DNA of 64,000 nucleotides, taken from the NCBI GenBank assembly GCA_963575745.1, contig CAUYUJ010000104.1, forward strand, positions 1-64,000, given 5' to 3'. The notes under the pieces were generated by a model. It did no database searches. It saw only the letters and a list, made by a program, of their open reading frames with translations, and had not been told where the DNA came from. The DNA is from Prorocentrum cordatum (taxonomy: Eukaryota). Positions 47,675 to 59,670 of the stretch are shown here, piece by piece. Each line of letters begins with the position of its first letter. The first letter of the stretch is position 1. A program made the translations under genes and the position numbers.

Positions 47675-50600
47675 CCATCATCGCTCCCGACCCCCCTCCC
47701 CTCACCCTCATCCCTGGCACGCCTTCACGTCGCAGTGGATAAAGCCTCTGCTGTGCAGGTGATCCAGGCCCTCCAAGCACTGCTTGAAAAGGCCACGCCC
47801 CACACCCCGCAGCACAGTACCCCAAACCCAACACTCAAGAGGCCCCAAACAGGGTCCCGAAAGGGCCGCCGAACGCCTCCCAACGGGGCTCAGAAAAGCA
47901 CCCCTAGAGGCGCTGAGGATGCGCTCCGCACGGCACATCCTGGAAGCGCTCCAACGTAGGGGCAACGTTAGGGGGGGACCAGCTCAGGGGAGGGGGGGGG
48001 GGGGGGGGAAACGTCGGCCTGGAGTTGGCGATGCACCGGCGATGGATCGACGAGGGGCCCCCGATAGCAAATCCGCACGGCAGGGTGGGCTATCGGGCCC
48101 CTGATCGGTGCGTCCCCCCTGAGCATTCCCGCCCTGTCGTTGCCCCTGGCGAGAACACTGCTGCTCTGCAGGTGCTCGCGCCACAGAAGCTCCGAGAGTT
48201 GCGTGTCTCAGCGGGGCCTAAGGGAGTGCGCAGGGCCGGTCTGGACCAATGCTGCTGTAGAAGGAGAAGAAGAAGAAGAATATGAAGAAGAAAAAGAAGA
48301 AGAGCAATACGACCAATAACATTAAGAATGACAGAAATAATTAAAGTAAGAATGCACATAAACAAAAAACGCAATCTACAGAAAACATAAACAAAAACTG
48401 TTGGCGCGTGGCGCAGATTTCTTGGATCTGCGCTGGACCCCCCTCCCTGGCGCGCGCGCCAGGGGCGGCGGCGTCAGAGGAGCCGCCGGGGGGGGGCCCG
48501 GCGCGGATCCAAGAAATCCGCGCGGAGCACCAACTGTTTATGCTTATGCTGTTTCTCTTCTTCGATTCCTGCTCATCCACCTGGGAGAGGCCAAGGCAAT
48601 CTGCAGCAGCTGGAAAAGGGGACGGTGCCAGCACCCCCGCGGCACCACCCCCTTGTCTTGCAGGACGGAGGGCCCCTGACGAGTCCTGGGCCACGGCCCC
48701 CGCAAAGGCATGCTCCCAGCCACCTCTGCGCCCTCCTGGCCCGGGGCTTCTTCCAAAAAGCCTGGGACCTCCTTTGGTGGGCCTGTTTTCCTCCACCACC
48801 ACCACCATAAGTTCGAGGGGGAGGGGGTCCTCCTCCTCCACCTCCTCCTCCTCCTCCTCTTCGTCCTCCGCCTCTTCGTCCTCCTCGCTCCTCGTCCTCC
48901 TCGCTCCTTCCCCCCCTCCAACTGCTGGTGGTGGTGGTGGAAGACAGGCCCGTCATCCTTCAGACAGGCGCCGAAGGGGGGGGGCCTCGGCCCCCGCAGG
49001 CACCCCTCGCGCATCTGGGCTTAGGTCGGGCGTGTCCCCCTACAGGGGGATGTTGGACGAACAATAAAAAATAGTCAAACAATGCTCAAACATAGTAAAA
49101 ACAACAACTTACTCAAAACATCGTCCCCAGACTATTGTTCGATTAGTTTTGAATCTTCCTCCTGTAGAGGGACAGGGCCAACGTCACTCTGGGCGGCTCT
49201 GGACCTGGGAGGGGCCGAGACGCGGGGGGAAGCTTGGCTCGCACGCCGCGCGCGACAAGGGGGGCAGGCTCCCCTCGTCGCTCCGTGCTCGGGTGCTGCT
49301 AGAAGTGCCCCTGGCCCAAGGTAGCCCCCAGGATTTCCAGTCCAAGGAGGCCCCCACGGCCTCCAGAGAGCACCCCATCACGAGGCTCAGGGGGCCCCCG
49401 AGGCGCCAGGACTGAGCGAAAAGTTTGGGGGCGCCTTGGGCCAGGGGCGCCCTTAGCAGCCCCCGACATGCGTCCGAGTCCCACTGACCCTCTGGACGCG
49501 GGTGGTGTAACGGCGTTTCTGCTCGCTCGCCCAATCCTCCGCTTCCCCTGCTCGCCCCCACCGTTCGATGAGGGGCGTGCCCCTCCCCTCCCCTTCTGAA
49601 GGGGCCCTGGGACACACAAATAAAAACACAAAGAACCATATTCACCATAGTTTCCCATGTTTTCTGGGTGTTTGTCTTCCCCCGCCCCCACTTCCCATAT
49701 TTTCCCATACTTTCCTGGGAGTCGACGATTAATTGTGTCTGTGTTTTTTCCCCTCCTGCCCCCCCTCCCTGGGGTCTGGGGGTGGGGGGCTCGGCTAATA
49801 CGGCGACCCTTTGTGACCCAAGGTGGCTTCGAGATGGCGCAAGGCAGCCGAAAATGGCTGCAGATAACCCCCAACAGATCACCAAGGTACCCCAAGACGG
49901 CTCCACGTGCCCCTGGAGCCCCCGAGGAAGAGCCCAAGAGGCCAAAATGTGTTCAACGCCAGAGGTGAGTCAATGATTGTGCAAACTGGCGCAGGAGAAT
50001 CACGTGGGGAGCCCAGTCGGACCCCAAGATGGCCCAATTGGCCCAAGAGGCACCCCGATGGACCCCAAGAGCGCCCCAAGGAGAGCCCCAAGAAGGCAAT
50101 GTCTCTTCCATCTCCTGCTCCTTCCTCATCCTCCTCATCCTCCTCCGATAGCTCCAGGAGGAGGCTACGTCGCTCCTGCGAAAAATTGCCTGGTCATCGG
50201 TTCTGGCCGGGCTGGTGGGGATTTGCGAAGCATCATAATGTTAGATCTTCTGCTGAATGGAAAGCATTGACGGCATGTCCGGCTGTGTTCCGTCCGCGAA
50301 GCGGCGTGTATCATGGTCGAGGGACACAATATACTCGAGACCTATTCTGACGATGTCCTTCATGTGGAAGGGCACCTCTGCAAGGTCGATGCGAATGTAA
50401 TTCTCGATGGAATTGCAATTCCAATCTGGCGACCGCCCATCCATTGCCCTGGCACCCTCGCCGAAGAACGCGTCGACAAACTGGTCCACCTCCGTGGAGT
50501 CGATATTGTCTTCGTCGAAACCGCACTCGTCGTACTTGCGCCGGCACTCGCTGTCCTTCAGGCACTTGTACGCCTTGTTCAAGTCCTGGAACCTCTCGTG

Positions 50601-52294
50601 GCTACCCCCCGGCTTGTCGGGGTGCAGCTTCAGTGAAAGCCGCCTGACAGGAGGCGCAAACCCTAGTTACACTTGCACCGGTCCCAAGAGGGCTTAGACA
50701 CCTAACCTTAGCCCAGAATCAGAATGTTTGGCCAGGAGGAGGAAGAGGAGGAAGAGGAGGAGGAGGAGGCGGAAGAAGAGGAGGGGTAGGAGAAGGAGGA
50801 GGAGGAGGCAGAGGAGGAGGGGGAAAAGGAGAAGGAGGGGAAGGACAAGGAGGAGGAGGAGGAGGAGAATAATGTGGAGGAGGAGGAGGACGAGGAAGAG
50901 GAGGAGGGGGAGAAGGAGGAGGAGGAGGAGGAGGCAGAGGAGGAGGAGGATGGGGAATAGGAGAAGGAGGAGAAGGAGGAGAAGGAGGAGGAGAAAGATG
51001 AGGACGAGGAGGAAGAGGAGGAGCGGAGAATGTGGAGGAGGAGGAGGCAGAGGAGGAGGAGGGGGAATAGGAGAAGGAGGAGAAGGAGGAGAAGGAGGAG
51101 GAGGAGGAGGAGGATGAGGAGGAAGAGAGGAGGGGTGGGCTGTACAGCTGGCGCCCTCCCTGCCTGAATGCGCGGACGATCTCCGGCTGGGAGGCCGACT
51201 GGGGGACGCCCAGCAGCTCGTAGTACGGCAGGCGCCGACGCTCGTGCGCCTGGTGAAACGCATCCAGCTGCTGCCGCGCCCCGGCCATTCGGCCCCGCGC
51301 GGAGGAATATTTTTCGTCTGCTTCACGTGTGCAATTTTGGGCGCCCGAGTTATCCGGGGTAACTCGGGTCCGGGGTAACTCGGGTTTGGGTTCCCGGAAA
51401 AGGAACCCGAGCTAGCCCTGACCCGAGTTACCCCTGATGATGTGGGGCTCTGGACGCCCGAGTTTTCCGGGGTAACTCGGGTCCGGGGTAACTCGGGTTT
51501 GGATTCCCGAAACACGAACCTGAGTTAACCCTGACCCGAGTTACCCCTGATGATTCGGGGCTCTGACAATTGGTCTTGTTAAACTGTAGTTTGGGTGGGA
51601 GCCTCCATAGTACACTGCATTTCTCCGCTCCGCCTCCGGTCCCTTCGTCGATGTTGCTCGTTCGATGCTGCACCATCGGCAATTTGGCTCGAAGAGCCCC
51701 TAGGGGGCGAAACGCGTAGTCTAATTGTGAGTTCTCTTGAGACTCAATGAAAAACATGGGCTGACAGCAAGAAGCCATTACCAAGACACCCGGTGCAATC
51801 GTGGAGTTCCGAATGGGGCCACGAAACGCGGGCGAGGTGTGCCGAATGTAAGCTCGGGGGGTACTATGCAATAACGCCGTTGGGCTTCGGTTCAGCCCCC
51901 TCGGGGGCCACGAACCGAGAGAAGGGTGTGCCGAAATCGGCTGGGCTACGCTATGCGGTACCACACGTAAGAGGACTTCAATGGAACCCCGGCCACGAAC
52001 CGTGTGGAGGGTGTGCCCACATTGGCTGCGGCACCAACCCTTGGTGGTTTCGGTGGGCCCTCCTGAATGGGGCCACGACACGGGTGAGGGGTGTGCCAAA
52101 ATTGGCAAGCGGAAGGCAGAGGAAGGACGAGGAGGGGGAGGGTAGAACGAGACGCGGGGCGCTGCTGCTTCAAAACGATGAACCACTACCACAAGAAGGC
52201 TCGGAATATCAGACAGCTGAGTAAGACATAAGAAGCCGTGCTCCTCCTTCTCCTTCTCCTCCCTCTCCTCGACGCGCTCGGACTATACCACCAT
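46120..52294 (-). CDS. J-domain (DnaJ/Hsp40-like) protein, multi-exon; extent beyond these exons uncertain
   Basis: Exon ~51249-51164 (AHERRRLPYYELLGVPQSASQPEIVRAFR, GC donor) splices in frame to exon 50643-~50310 (RLSLKLHPDKPGGSHERFQDLNKAYKCLKDSECRRKYD), giving an intact HPD motif. A likely further exon lies at ~46560-46120 (DVVLMQHARIDILYLMVGLF..ADLRIQ|GA). A tentative first exon is 52294-52268. Confidence 0.75.
46997..47160 (+). repeat. Dispersed repeat family E, copy 1 (copy 2 ~49597-49760)
   Basis: gaaggggccctgggacac..cacttcccatattt..tcgacgattaattgtgtctgtgt..cccctcctg is shared. Confidence 0.8.
47723..47782 (-). CDS. Isolated protein-kinase exon (subdomain VIa-VIb)
   Basis: ttttcaag|QCLEGLDHLHSRGFIHCDVK|GC donor, the classic catalytic-loop approach HxDxK. 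Confidence 0.7.
48381..48560 (+). mobile_element. MITE-like family B, copy 4
   Basis: Same TIRs and cctggcgcgcgcgccagg hairpin. Confidence 0.75.
49021..49186 (+). mobile_element. MITE-like family A, copy 7
   Basis: ttaggtcgggcgtgtccccctacagg ... cctgtagagggacagggcc. Confidence 0.75.
51342..51565. repeat. Tandem dimer of a ~113-bp unit with internal inverted repeats
   Basis: Each unit has ggggtaactcgggt twice and its reverse complement acccgagttacccc. Confidence 0.85.
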
Positions 52295-52879
52295 GGCGAC
52301 GATGGCCCCCGGCGGAGGCCCAGAAACGCAACGATCCAAGCCTCCCCGATCTTCGCCACTGCCCCGTCCTCCCCACAAGCCGACACTCCGATGCCCTCCC
52401 TCAGCTTGTTCCCCCTCCTCCTCCTCCTCCTCCTCCTCCTCCTCCTCCTCCTCCTCCTCCTCCTCCTCCTCACTCCTCCTCCTCCTCCTCCTCCTCCTCC
52501 TCCTCCTCCTCCTCCTCCTCCTCCTCCTCCTCCTCCTCCTCCTCCCTGGGAGGCCGCGGGGAGGCGACCGCGAGAACCCGCCGGGCGCTGGGCCAACACG
52601 GCTTCGCCAATGCGCCCCCGCCCCGGGCGAAGGCACGGCGGGAAGGAATCGGGAAGGGGGGCATCGGTTGCCAGGAGGCGGAGGGCGGGGTCGAGGAGGA
52701 GGAGGAGGAGGAGGAGGAGGCTGAGCAGGACCAGGAGGCAAAGGAAGAGGACGAAAAGGAGGAACGTGCCCTCGCCAGGAAGGAGGCGGGAAGAGGAAAA
52801 GGGGAGAGGGAAAAGGGGAGGCAGGGGAATTGTGGAGGCCTCTGTCAGACCTGTGCTCCAGGGAAATTGAAATTATCGG

Positions 52880-53740
52880 ACATGCTAAGCTTCACGAAGC
52901 CTTAAGCCTTGCAATGTTTGACCGAGCCCTCCTAAGTGTTGGTAAGCCTTGTTACTAAGGCATGCTAGGCACTGGTAAATCTTGCTAAGCCTTACTGAAC
53001 CGTGCGGGGCACTGCGACGCCCTGCTAGGTCCTGGCCCGCCCTGCTGAGCCATGCCGTGGCAAGCTCTGATATGCACTGCTGCGCTTGGTAAGCCTTGGT
53101 AGGCCAAACCAAGATTGACAAACCTTGCAACGCCCTGCTAAGCCGTGTTGAGCCTTGCTCGGCTTGGCAAGTTTGCTAAGCCCTGCTGAGTTTTGCTGAG
53201 CCCTGCTGAAGACGTGGTAAGCCTTGCGATGCCTTCGTAAGCCCTGCCAAGCCCAGGTAAGCCTTGTTGAGCCCCACTGAGCCGCGCTGAGCACTGCAAA
53301 GTCCTGCTCGGTCCTAGTACGCCCTGCTGAGCACTGGTAAGAATCGCTCTGCCCTCGCATGTGCTGCTAAGCCCTGTTACGCTTGATAAGCCTTCTCTGA
53401 GCCCAGCTAACCTTGGTAAGCCTTGCCAAGTCCTGCTAAGCGTTTTGAGCCTTGCTGAACCTTGGCAAGTTTCCTCAGCCCTGCGAGCCCTTGCAACGCC
53501 CTGGGTTCTGCTGAGCTTTGCTGAGCCCTGCTAAGACTTGCTGAGGGTTGTCAAGACTTCGAAAACCCTGCGGAAGCCGTCTGGCTCTTGCTCGACCCCG
53601 CTGTCCTTCTAAAGACGACTACGCTCTGGCAAGCTAGGCCCTGCCAGGTCCATGTACGCACTGCTGAGCCCTGCTCAGCTTTCGGTAAGTTTGCTATGCC
53701 TGGCAAGCTCCGCTAAACCCTGTTACGCTTGGTAACTTGA
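52880..53740. repeat. Degenerate ~10-bp satellite (ctgctaagcc/ttggtaagcc)
   Basis: Dozens of imperfect (c/t)tgctaagcc-like units. Confidence 0.75.
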
Positions 53741-54207
53741 GTTCCGACAAGCGCTGCAAAATGGTGAGCTCTGCTCAACGATGTCAAGCTTGGACAGCCG
53801 TAGCCGTGAGATGTTGTGCATCATAACAAAGAACCCATGGCAGGGAATCCTTGCAAAGAGGAGAAACAAAAAAGGGAGTGGGAGGGGGCGTGGAAGGGGG
53901 AGGGGGAGGAGCAGGAGGAGGAGGAGGAGGAGCACGAAGAGGAGGACGACGAGTGACTCACGTTCCTCGCCCCCCCCCCACTGATGAGAGAAACGGCTGA
54001 GCAAAATCTGTGGCCCCCCAGACAGATGCGCGATTGTTTGTTTTTTTGTTTTTGCTTTTACCTAACAGCTTTTGCTGATAGGTTTCTAGTGGTCTCAAAA
54101 AACAACATCTTGACGCCCCAGGGGGGTCTGGGCGGGATCCGGACAAAACTGGACAGATCCGGCAGCCCCAGTAATCCTTAGGAATCCTTCGAAATTCTTA
54201 GGAATCC

Positions 54208-54540
54208 ATTCCCAGAACACCATTCCCAGGCGACATGTTGAATGCCCGAAGCCAACTGTAGGCCACTTCATTCATGTTCTTCGTGTTCCCAGCACACCAT
54301 TCCCAGGCCACGTTTTGAATGCCCGGAGCCAACTGTAGGCCACTTCGTGTCCTTCGTCTTCCCAGAACACCATTCCCAGGCCACATTTTCAAAGCCCGGA
54401 GCCAACTGTAGGCCACTTCGTGTTCTTCGTCTTCCCAGAACACCATTCCCAGGACACATTTTGAATGCCCGGAGCCAACTGTAGGCCACTTCGTGTTCAC
54501 ACCACTCTTGTACCATATTCTGACTGCCCAGAGCCAACTG
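54208..54540. repeat. ~73-bp minisatellite, about 4.5 copies
   Basis: ttcccagaacaccattcccagg..gcccggagccaactgtaggccacttcgtg units start at ~54208, 54286, 54359 and 54432. Confidence 0.9.
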
Positions 54541-55540
54541 TGAGGCTGAGGCTGAGGCACGCTGAGGCTGAGGCAGGCTGAGACTGAGGCTGAGGCAGGC
54601 TGAGGCTGAGGCTGAGGCTGATGCAGGCTGAGGCTGAGACGCTGACGCTGAGGCTGAGGCAGGCTGAGGCTGAGGCTGAGGCAGAGGCAGGCTGAGGCTG
54701 AGGCAAGCTGCGGCTGAGGCAGGCTGAGGCTGAGGCTGATGCAGGCTGAGGCTGAGGCAGGCTGAGGCTGAGGCTGAGGCAGGCTGAGGCTGAGGCTGAG
54801 GCAGAGGCAGGCTGAGGCTGAGGCCGCGGCAAGCCGAGGCAGGCTGAGGTTGAGGCTGAGGCAGAGGCGGGCTGAGGCTGAGGCTGAGGCTGAGGTTGTG
54901 GCTGAGGCCAGCTGCGGCTGAGGCTGAGGCTGAGGATGAGGCCGAGGCAGAAGCTGAGGCTGAGGCAGGCCGAGGCTGAGAGGCTGACGCTGAGGCTGAT
55001 GCAGGCTGAGGCTGAGGCTGAGGATGAGGCAGAGGCAGGCTGAGGCTGAGGCTGAGGCAGGCCGAGGCAGGCTGAGGCTGAGGCTGAAGCTGAGGCAGGC
55101 TGAGGCTGAAGCTGAGGCTGAGGCTGAGGCTGAGGATGAGGCTGAGGATGAGGCTGAGGCAAGCTGCGGCTGAGGCAGGCTGCGGCTGAGGCTGATGCAG
55201 GCTGAGGCTGAGGCAGGCCGAGGCTGAGGCTGAGGCAGGCTGGGGCTGAGGCTGAGGATGAGGCCGAGGCCGAGGCAGGCTGAGGCTGAGGCCGAGGCAA
55301 GCCGAGGCAGGCTGAGGCTGAGGCTGAAGCTGAGGCAGGCTGAGGCTGAGGCTGAGGCTGTGGCTGAGGCAAGCTGCGGCTGAGGCAGGCTGTGGCTGAG
55401 TCTGATGCAGGCTGAGGCTGAAGCAGGATGAGGCTGAGGCTGAGGCAGTCTGAGGCTGAGGCTGAGGCCGAGGCAGGCCGAGGCTGAGGCCGAGGCAGGC
55501 CGAGGCTGAGGCCGAGGCAAGCCGAGGCAGGCTGAGGCTG
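54541..55540. repeat. (GCTGAG)n/(GCAGGCTGAG)n satellite
   Basis: Directly visible, about 1 kb. Confidence 0.95.
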
Positions 55541-55699
55541 CGATTGCGAGAACAGGAGAATTCTACAACTGGATTCTCACCTGAATCTTAAGGGGGATGC
55601 TTCCAGATATGATTATACACATCGCTGTTAGGTTGTTTCGTCGGGATATGTTTTGTTTTTGGGGGGGGTGCGAGACTATGATCAAGTTGCAAGTGCAAG

Positions 55700-58600
55700 T
55701 GCAGAAACCGATTAAGGCCGAGTTTGCATTAGCCGCCGTTTGTGGTCGGCCCTGCTTGAGCTCTCGCGGACTAATCCTTGCTCAAAAAGGTTTAGATGCT
55801 CCCCGCCTGCGCGCGCGGGTCGGCCAGGGCGGCGCAATCTTCCCAGCCCACAGACCTGCCGATCAACAACGGCCCCGCCCACGCCGCACTAGCACGGACA
55901 AAGGGCAGCATGATAGTTGAGAAGATGGGATGGATGCAGCCAGCCCCCCGCCACGCGGATCCTACCACCAACGGGCGGTGAGAAAAGGGCTGCGTCCACG
56001 TTGGCTACGGGGCGGCAGCGAGATGACCTACCTTCTTTCAGCTTGGCAGCCGACGCGGAACCTAAACATTGGGTCGACGAAGCCTACACTCACCGAGCCG
56101 ATGAGCCGGGAGCAGCGGGGCGAGAGCAGCAACGGCAGGGAAGGGGGACAGGGGGAAGCGCGGAACCTGCTCTTCTTGCCTCTCACGATCCCGTTCGGTC
56201 GCCACCTTCGCGAAACAATCGAGGGTCGCGCGAAGCAGCCGCACGCGCGCGAGCATAGCCTGACATTCCGTTATTTCTGCATGCAAGAAAAACATCTGGC
56301 GGATAGTCTCAAGGGCGCGGCAAACATGGGCGGCGGCCTCTGCAGTAATTTCAGCCACCGCGCTGTCACGCACTAAGCTGCTGCGCGATCCTTCCTCGAC
56401 AATATCAGACTCCGTTAAGTGGCTGCGCGTGAGCAAAACAAAATACGATGAGCCGGCCCGTGCTGCTCACTGAGAGCATGTCCAATCAAGCCCCATCTGT
56501 CGGCTTCGGGTCCTTTCAGCGTTAAATGCGCTTGCTCGTACCGCGGTTCGGAATCTGCGATGTGCACTAGATGGCCCTAGCCAGACGTAGGGGCGACGAG
56601 CGAGGCATTTATCTCGCCTCTAGTCACAACCTCTAACGCGACCTGCCTATACCCGACAGAGGGCCACAAAGAGAGGCCTCCACTCTTGTGGGCTCTATGA
56701 AGGCAAACTTCGCAAGAGCCGCACCTACGCGCCTAAGACGGAGCAACTTTGACTTCCCCCCCCCCCCCCCCCCCCCCGAAGCATCACCCGCAAACAAAAT
56801 GGCAACCTCTGCAGGTCCCGCCCCGAGACATGCGCCAGCGTACTCGGGCACGTTACAGATCTCCCACTGATCCTGATCCATGTTTCCCCGGGTCCAAAAG
56901 GCCGCCCCTGCGTTGACTTGTGCAATGGCGGCGGGAACTGATCCGGCGGAAGCCTCATGCACGGGTGATTTCACATCTCGCATCGCCAGGAATCTCGCAC
57001 CCCCAAAAATCTCAAATCACCCACGCATTGGTTCGAGCCTCTCCTTTCCGCGACGTCGAGTCCAGCAGCCTGCAGCTGCTAATAGTGATCATGGTCTCCG
57101 CTAGGCGCCCGCCCTGTGGGGCCATCTCCAGTTGGCGAACTAATGTAAAACAAAACACTCAATTACCCAATCCGCCTCAAAGATATTGACGACCAGCTTG
57201 AAACCATATGCTGCGTCGAGCAACCTGTTCTAGATCGCGCGACAAGTGATCATGCCGATCGATGAACGAGTTGCCTATGTAGACTTGGTTTGGGAGAAAG
57301 CCATTGCTGGACGTCGCCATCTTGGGGCGGATATGACCACGACGAGGAGGCTTCAGGCGCCAATGCATGTCGCGCAAAGGTTCAAATCACTGCAGGAGCT
57401 GGGCCTCTGGCACTTCTGGATTGATCGGCAGCCATCAACTCCTGAAGCTTCGCCTGGGTCAGGGGCCAGATGCGCTCAATGGATGGGCGAGTGCTGGCTC
57501 GATCTCTCCAGGTCTTGAACCGGGGATCGATCGCCTGCAGCGGCAACGGCAACGCAGCAACGGGGTCGACCTCGCGGGCCCGGAGGTCCAACGCAGTGGT
57601 CAGGCGTCGTCTATTAGAGCCTCCGCTGGTGTCTTGTGCAAGCCTCCTTCTGGCAAGCTGCAGTTGCTGGTCGGAGACGCCGTGGGCCTGGTGCCCGCGC
57701 AGGCCAGCTGGAAGCCCTCCTCGAGGTTGCACCGTCGAAGATGCCCTTTACTGTCAGGATGCTTTCGCGATGCGTCTAGTTTTGAATGGCATGTGGTTGT
57801 GATTATATTGTCTGGGCCGTCTTGTGCATCTGGCATGCCTGCTGCTACGCCCGAAATCAACTCCCAGGCATGTGGACTGCGCGACTCCTGCGACGACAGA
57901 GTCTTCCAGCTTTGACCGCTTTGACTGCAACCTCGAGCAAACGTTGCGCCAATTCCTGACAAACGTGTAAAAAAACATTCCGTCAACCCGTCGTGGAATG
58001 GGATGAGTCGCCCACCCGCAATCGACGCCCCATTGCGGAGTGCACGGTGGCAATAGTACACAGCGCATGATGAGCAAGGACATTAGCGAACCTTGTGCCA
58101 GAGCGTAGACCCCGCACTGAACTCTGGCTCGGTTGGACCGGTGGGGTAGCGGCGCCCATCTGCTCCAAAACTCGCGCAGAAACGCATTGAGCTGACTCCA
58201 GATGCAGGAATGGCCGCATGGAAATTCATTCGCAATGCAGCTGATACTAATGGTATCCAAAGAATCGAATAATTAAACGCTTGGAATTTCGAGGATGGCG
58301 CGTCCGCGCTGCATTCGGGAATCGCACGCGACTCAGAGAAGCCTCGTGAAGGCACACATTGCCTTTGACCGCAGCATCCCAACTGGTGGACTGCTCGCTG
58401 GTCCACGTTTGGACCTCAGGCTCTCTCATCATCGACCATGCGTCACCGATCGCCCATGCCACACCGATTGCCCTGTCTCGTCGGGCCTTTTTGGGCGACA
58501 ACCTTCACGTAATTAGCTGCGCTTGCATCTGCCAACGCAACGCCTCCCCCGCCACCGTCACCACGAATGCGAACTTCGCCAACCCAGCAACAGACAAAAG

Positions 58601-59670
58601 TTGGAAACCGACTGGTATGAATCCATCCGCTCCGAAGCCTGCGCCAGCCTTCATGCGCTGGCACGCTCGCAGGACGGATTGCCCATTGATAGGAGGCAGA
58701 ATTCACGCGGGCGGAAAATGGCAGAAGGGCCTGCAAGGACCAGAAAAAAAGCCTCGTGTTTCAGCACAGCTTTGTTCTTCAGCGACTTGTGCAATACTCG
58801 ATTGGCGACTGGACTGACAACCCATTCTCTGACATCACTGAGTGGCGCGGCAGCGTACCCCTGAGCACGCTCAGTTTCTCGACGTGCGCAGGGCCCCCAA
58901 GCTTCAAGAACTGGCAGCGGGGCTCGTCCTCGCTCGCTGAGGAAAGCTGCCCAACGCTCGCATGGGGGATCTCAATCTGGCCTCGTCATATTAGCGACGT
59001 CATCAGGCGTGCCATATACCATGTTGACACATGCTTCCACGTGCGACAAACTGTGTGCAACTCCATTGTCGCGAGCTGCGCGCCGACATCTCCCTGCAGT
59101 GACCGTGGCCGAGAGCGTCCACCATGGTGCTCTGGTGTCGCGCGGCTGGAGTTCCATTTCGTGGCTAATCTCTCGCAACCTTGCGAACTGGTCCTTGAGC
59201 GCCTTATGGAGGGCTGGATCCTGGGTGGCATGCAGGGCCTTGTGGACTAGTTTGGTCACCTCGTCGGGCTGTGGCGCGGGGCCACCTTGCCCCTTGCTTC
59301 CCCGACCACCGCTTCAGGATACCATGCGGCTGCTGCCAACCATCCTGGGGCGCGAAGACGGCATGGAACTCCTCATCACCCTGCGGAGCTCGCACCTCCT
59401 CGACATGTACCTTCTTACCCTGGTACAGTGTGACACGTTCCTTCGACTTACTGCATCGATTATATCGCTTACGTAGGATACGATTCCACGCACACTGTCC
59501 ACATTCGCATCGCGTCAACAGCTGTGCAAACATGCTGTCAGGGCATGTGATGATATGCCTTTCTTGGTCGAATGTTCAGGGTTGGTGGCAACACCAAGGA
59601 TGAGTCCCTCAAACGCTACGGGAAATTGTAAAGGCCCGCTGAGCTCGCTGCAAAAATGGCCTGAACCCAA
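55700..59670 (-). mobile_element. Heavily decayed LINE (ORF1 Zn finger, RT, RNase H; endonuclease region apparently deleted)
   Basis: ORF1-like CECGQCAW..RC. RT remnants GADGFIPVGFQLLS, DRAIGVAW, WDAAVKGN. RNase H remnants FAGDASGG..RRVGAAL, GPLSG, RSHL..AE..A. Many stops. Degenerate SL-like TTGGGTTCAG-GCCATTTTTG at 59670-59651 next to (CCT)n. Confidence 0.7.

Noticed and set aside
53960..54000. Hammerhead ribozyme core (CTGATGA-ga-GAAAC); similar CTGATGA at ~41444 and ~51434
   Set aside because: Stems I, II and III cannot be formed around the core motifs.
54198..55520. 440-aa PQ/AS/LS-repeat ORF
   Set aside because: Translation of the GCTGAG satellite and the 73-bp minisatellite.
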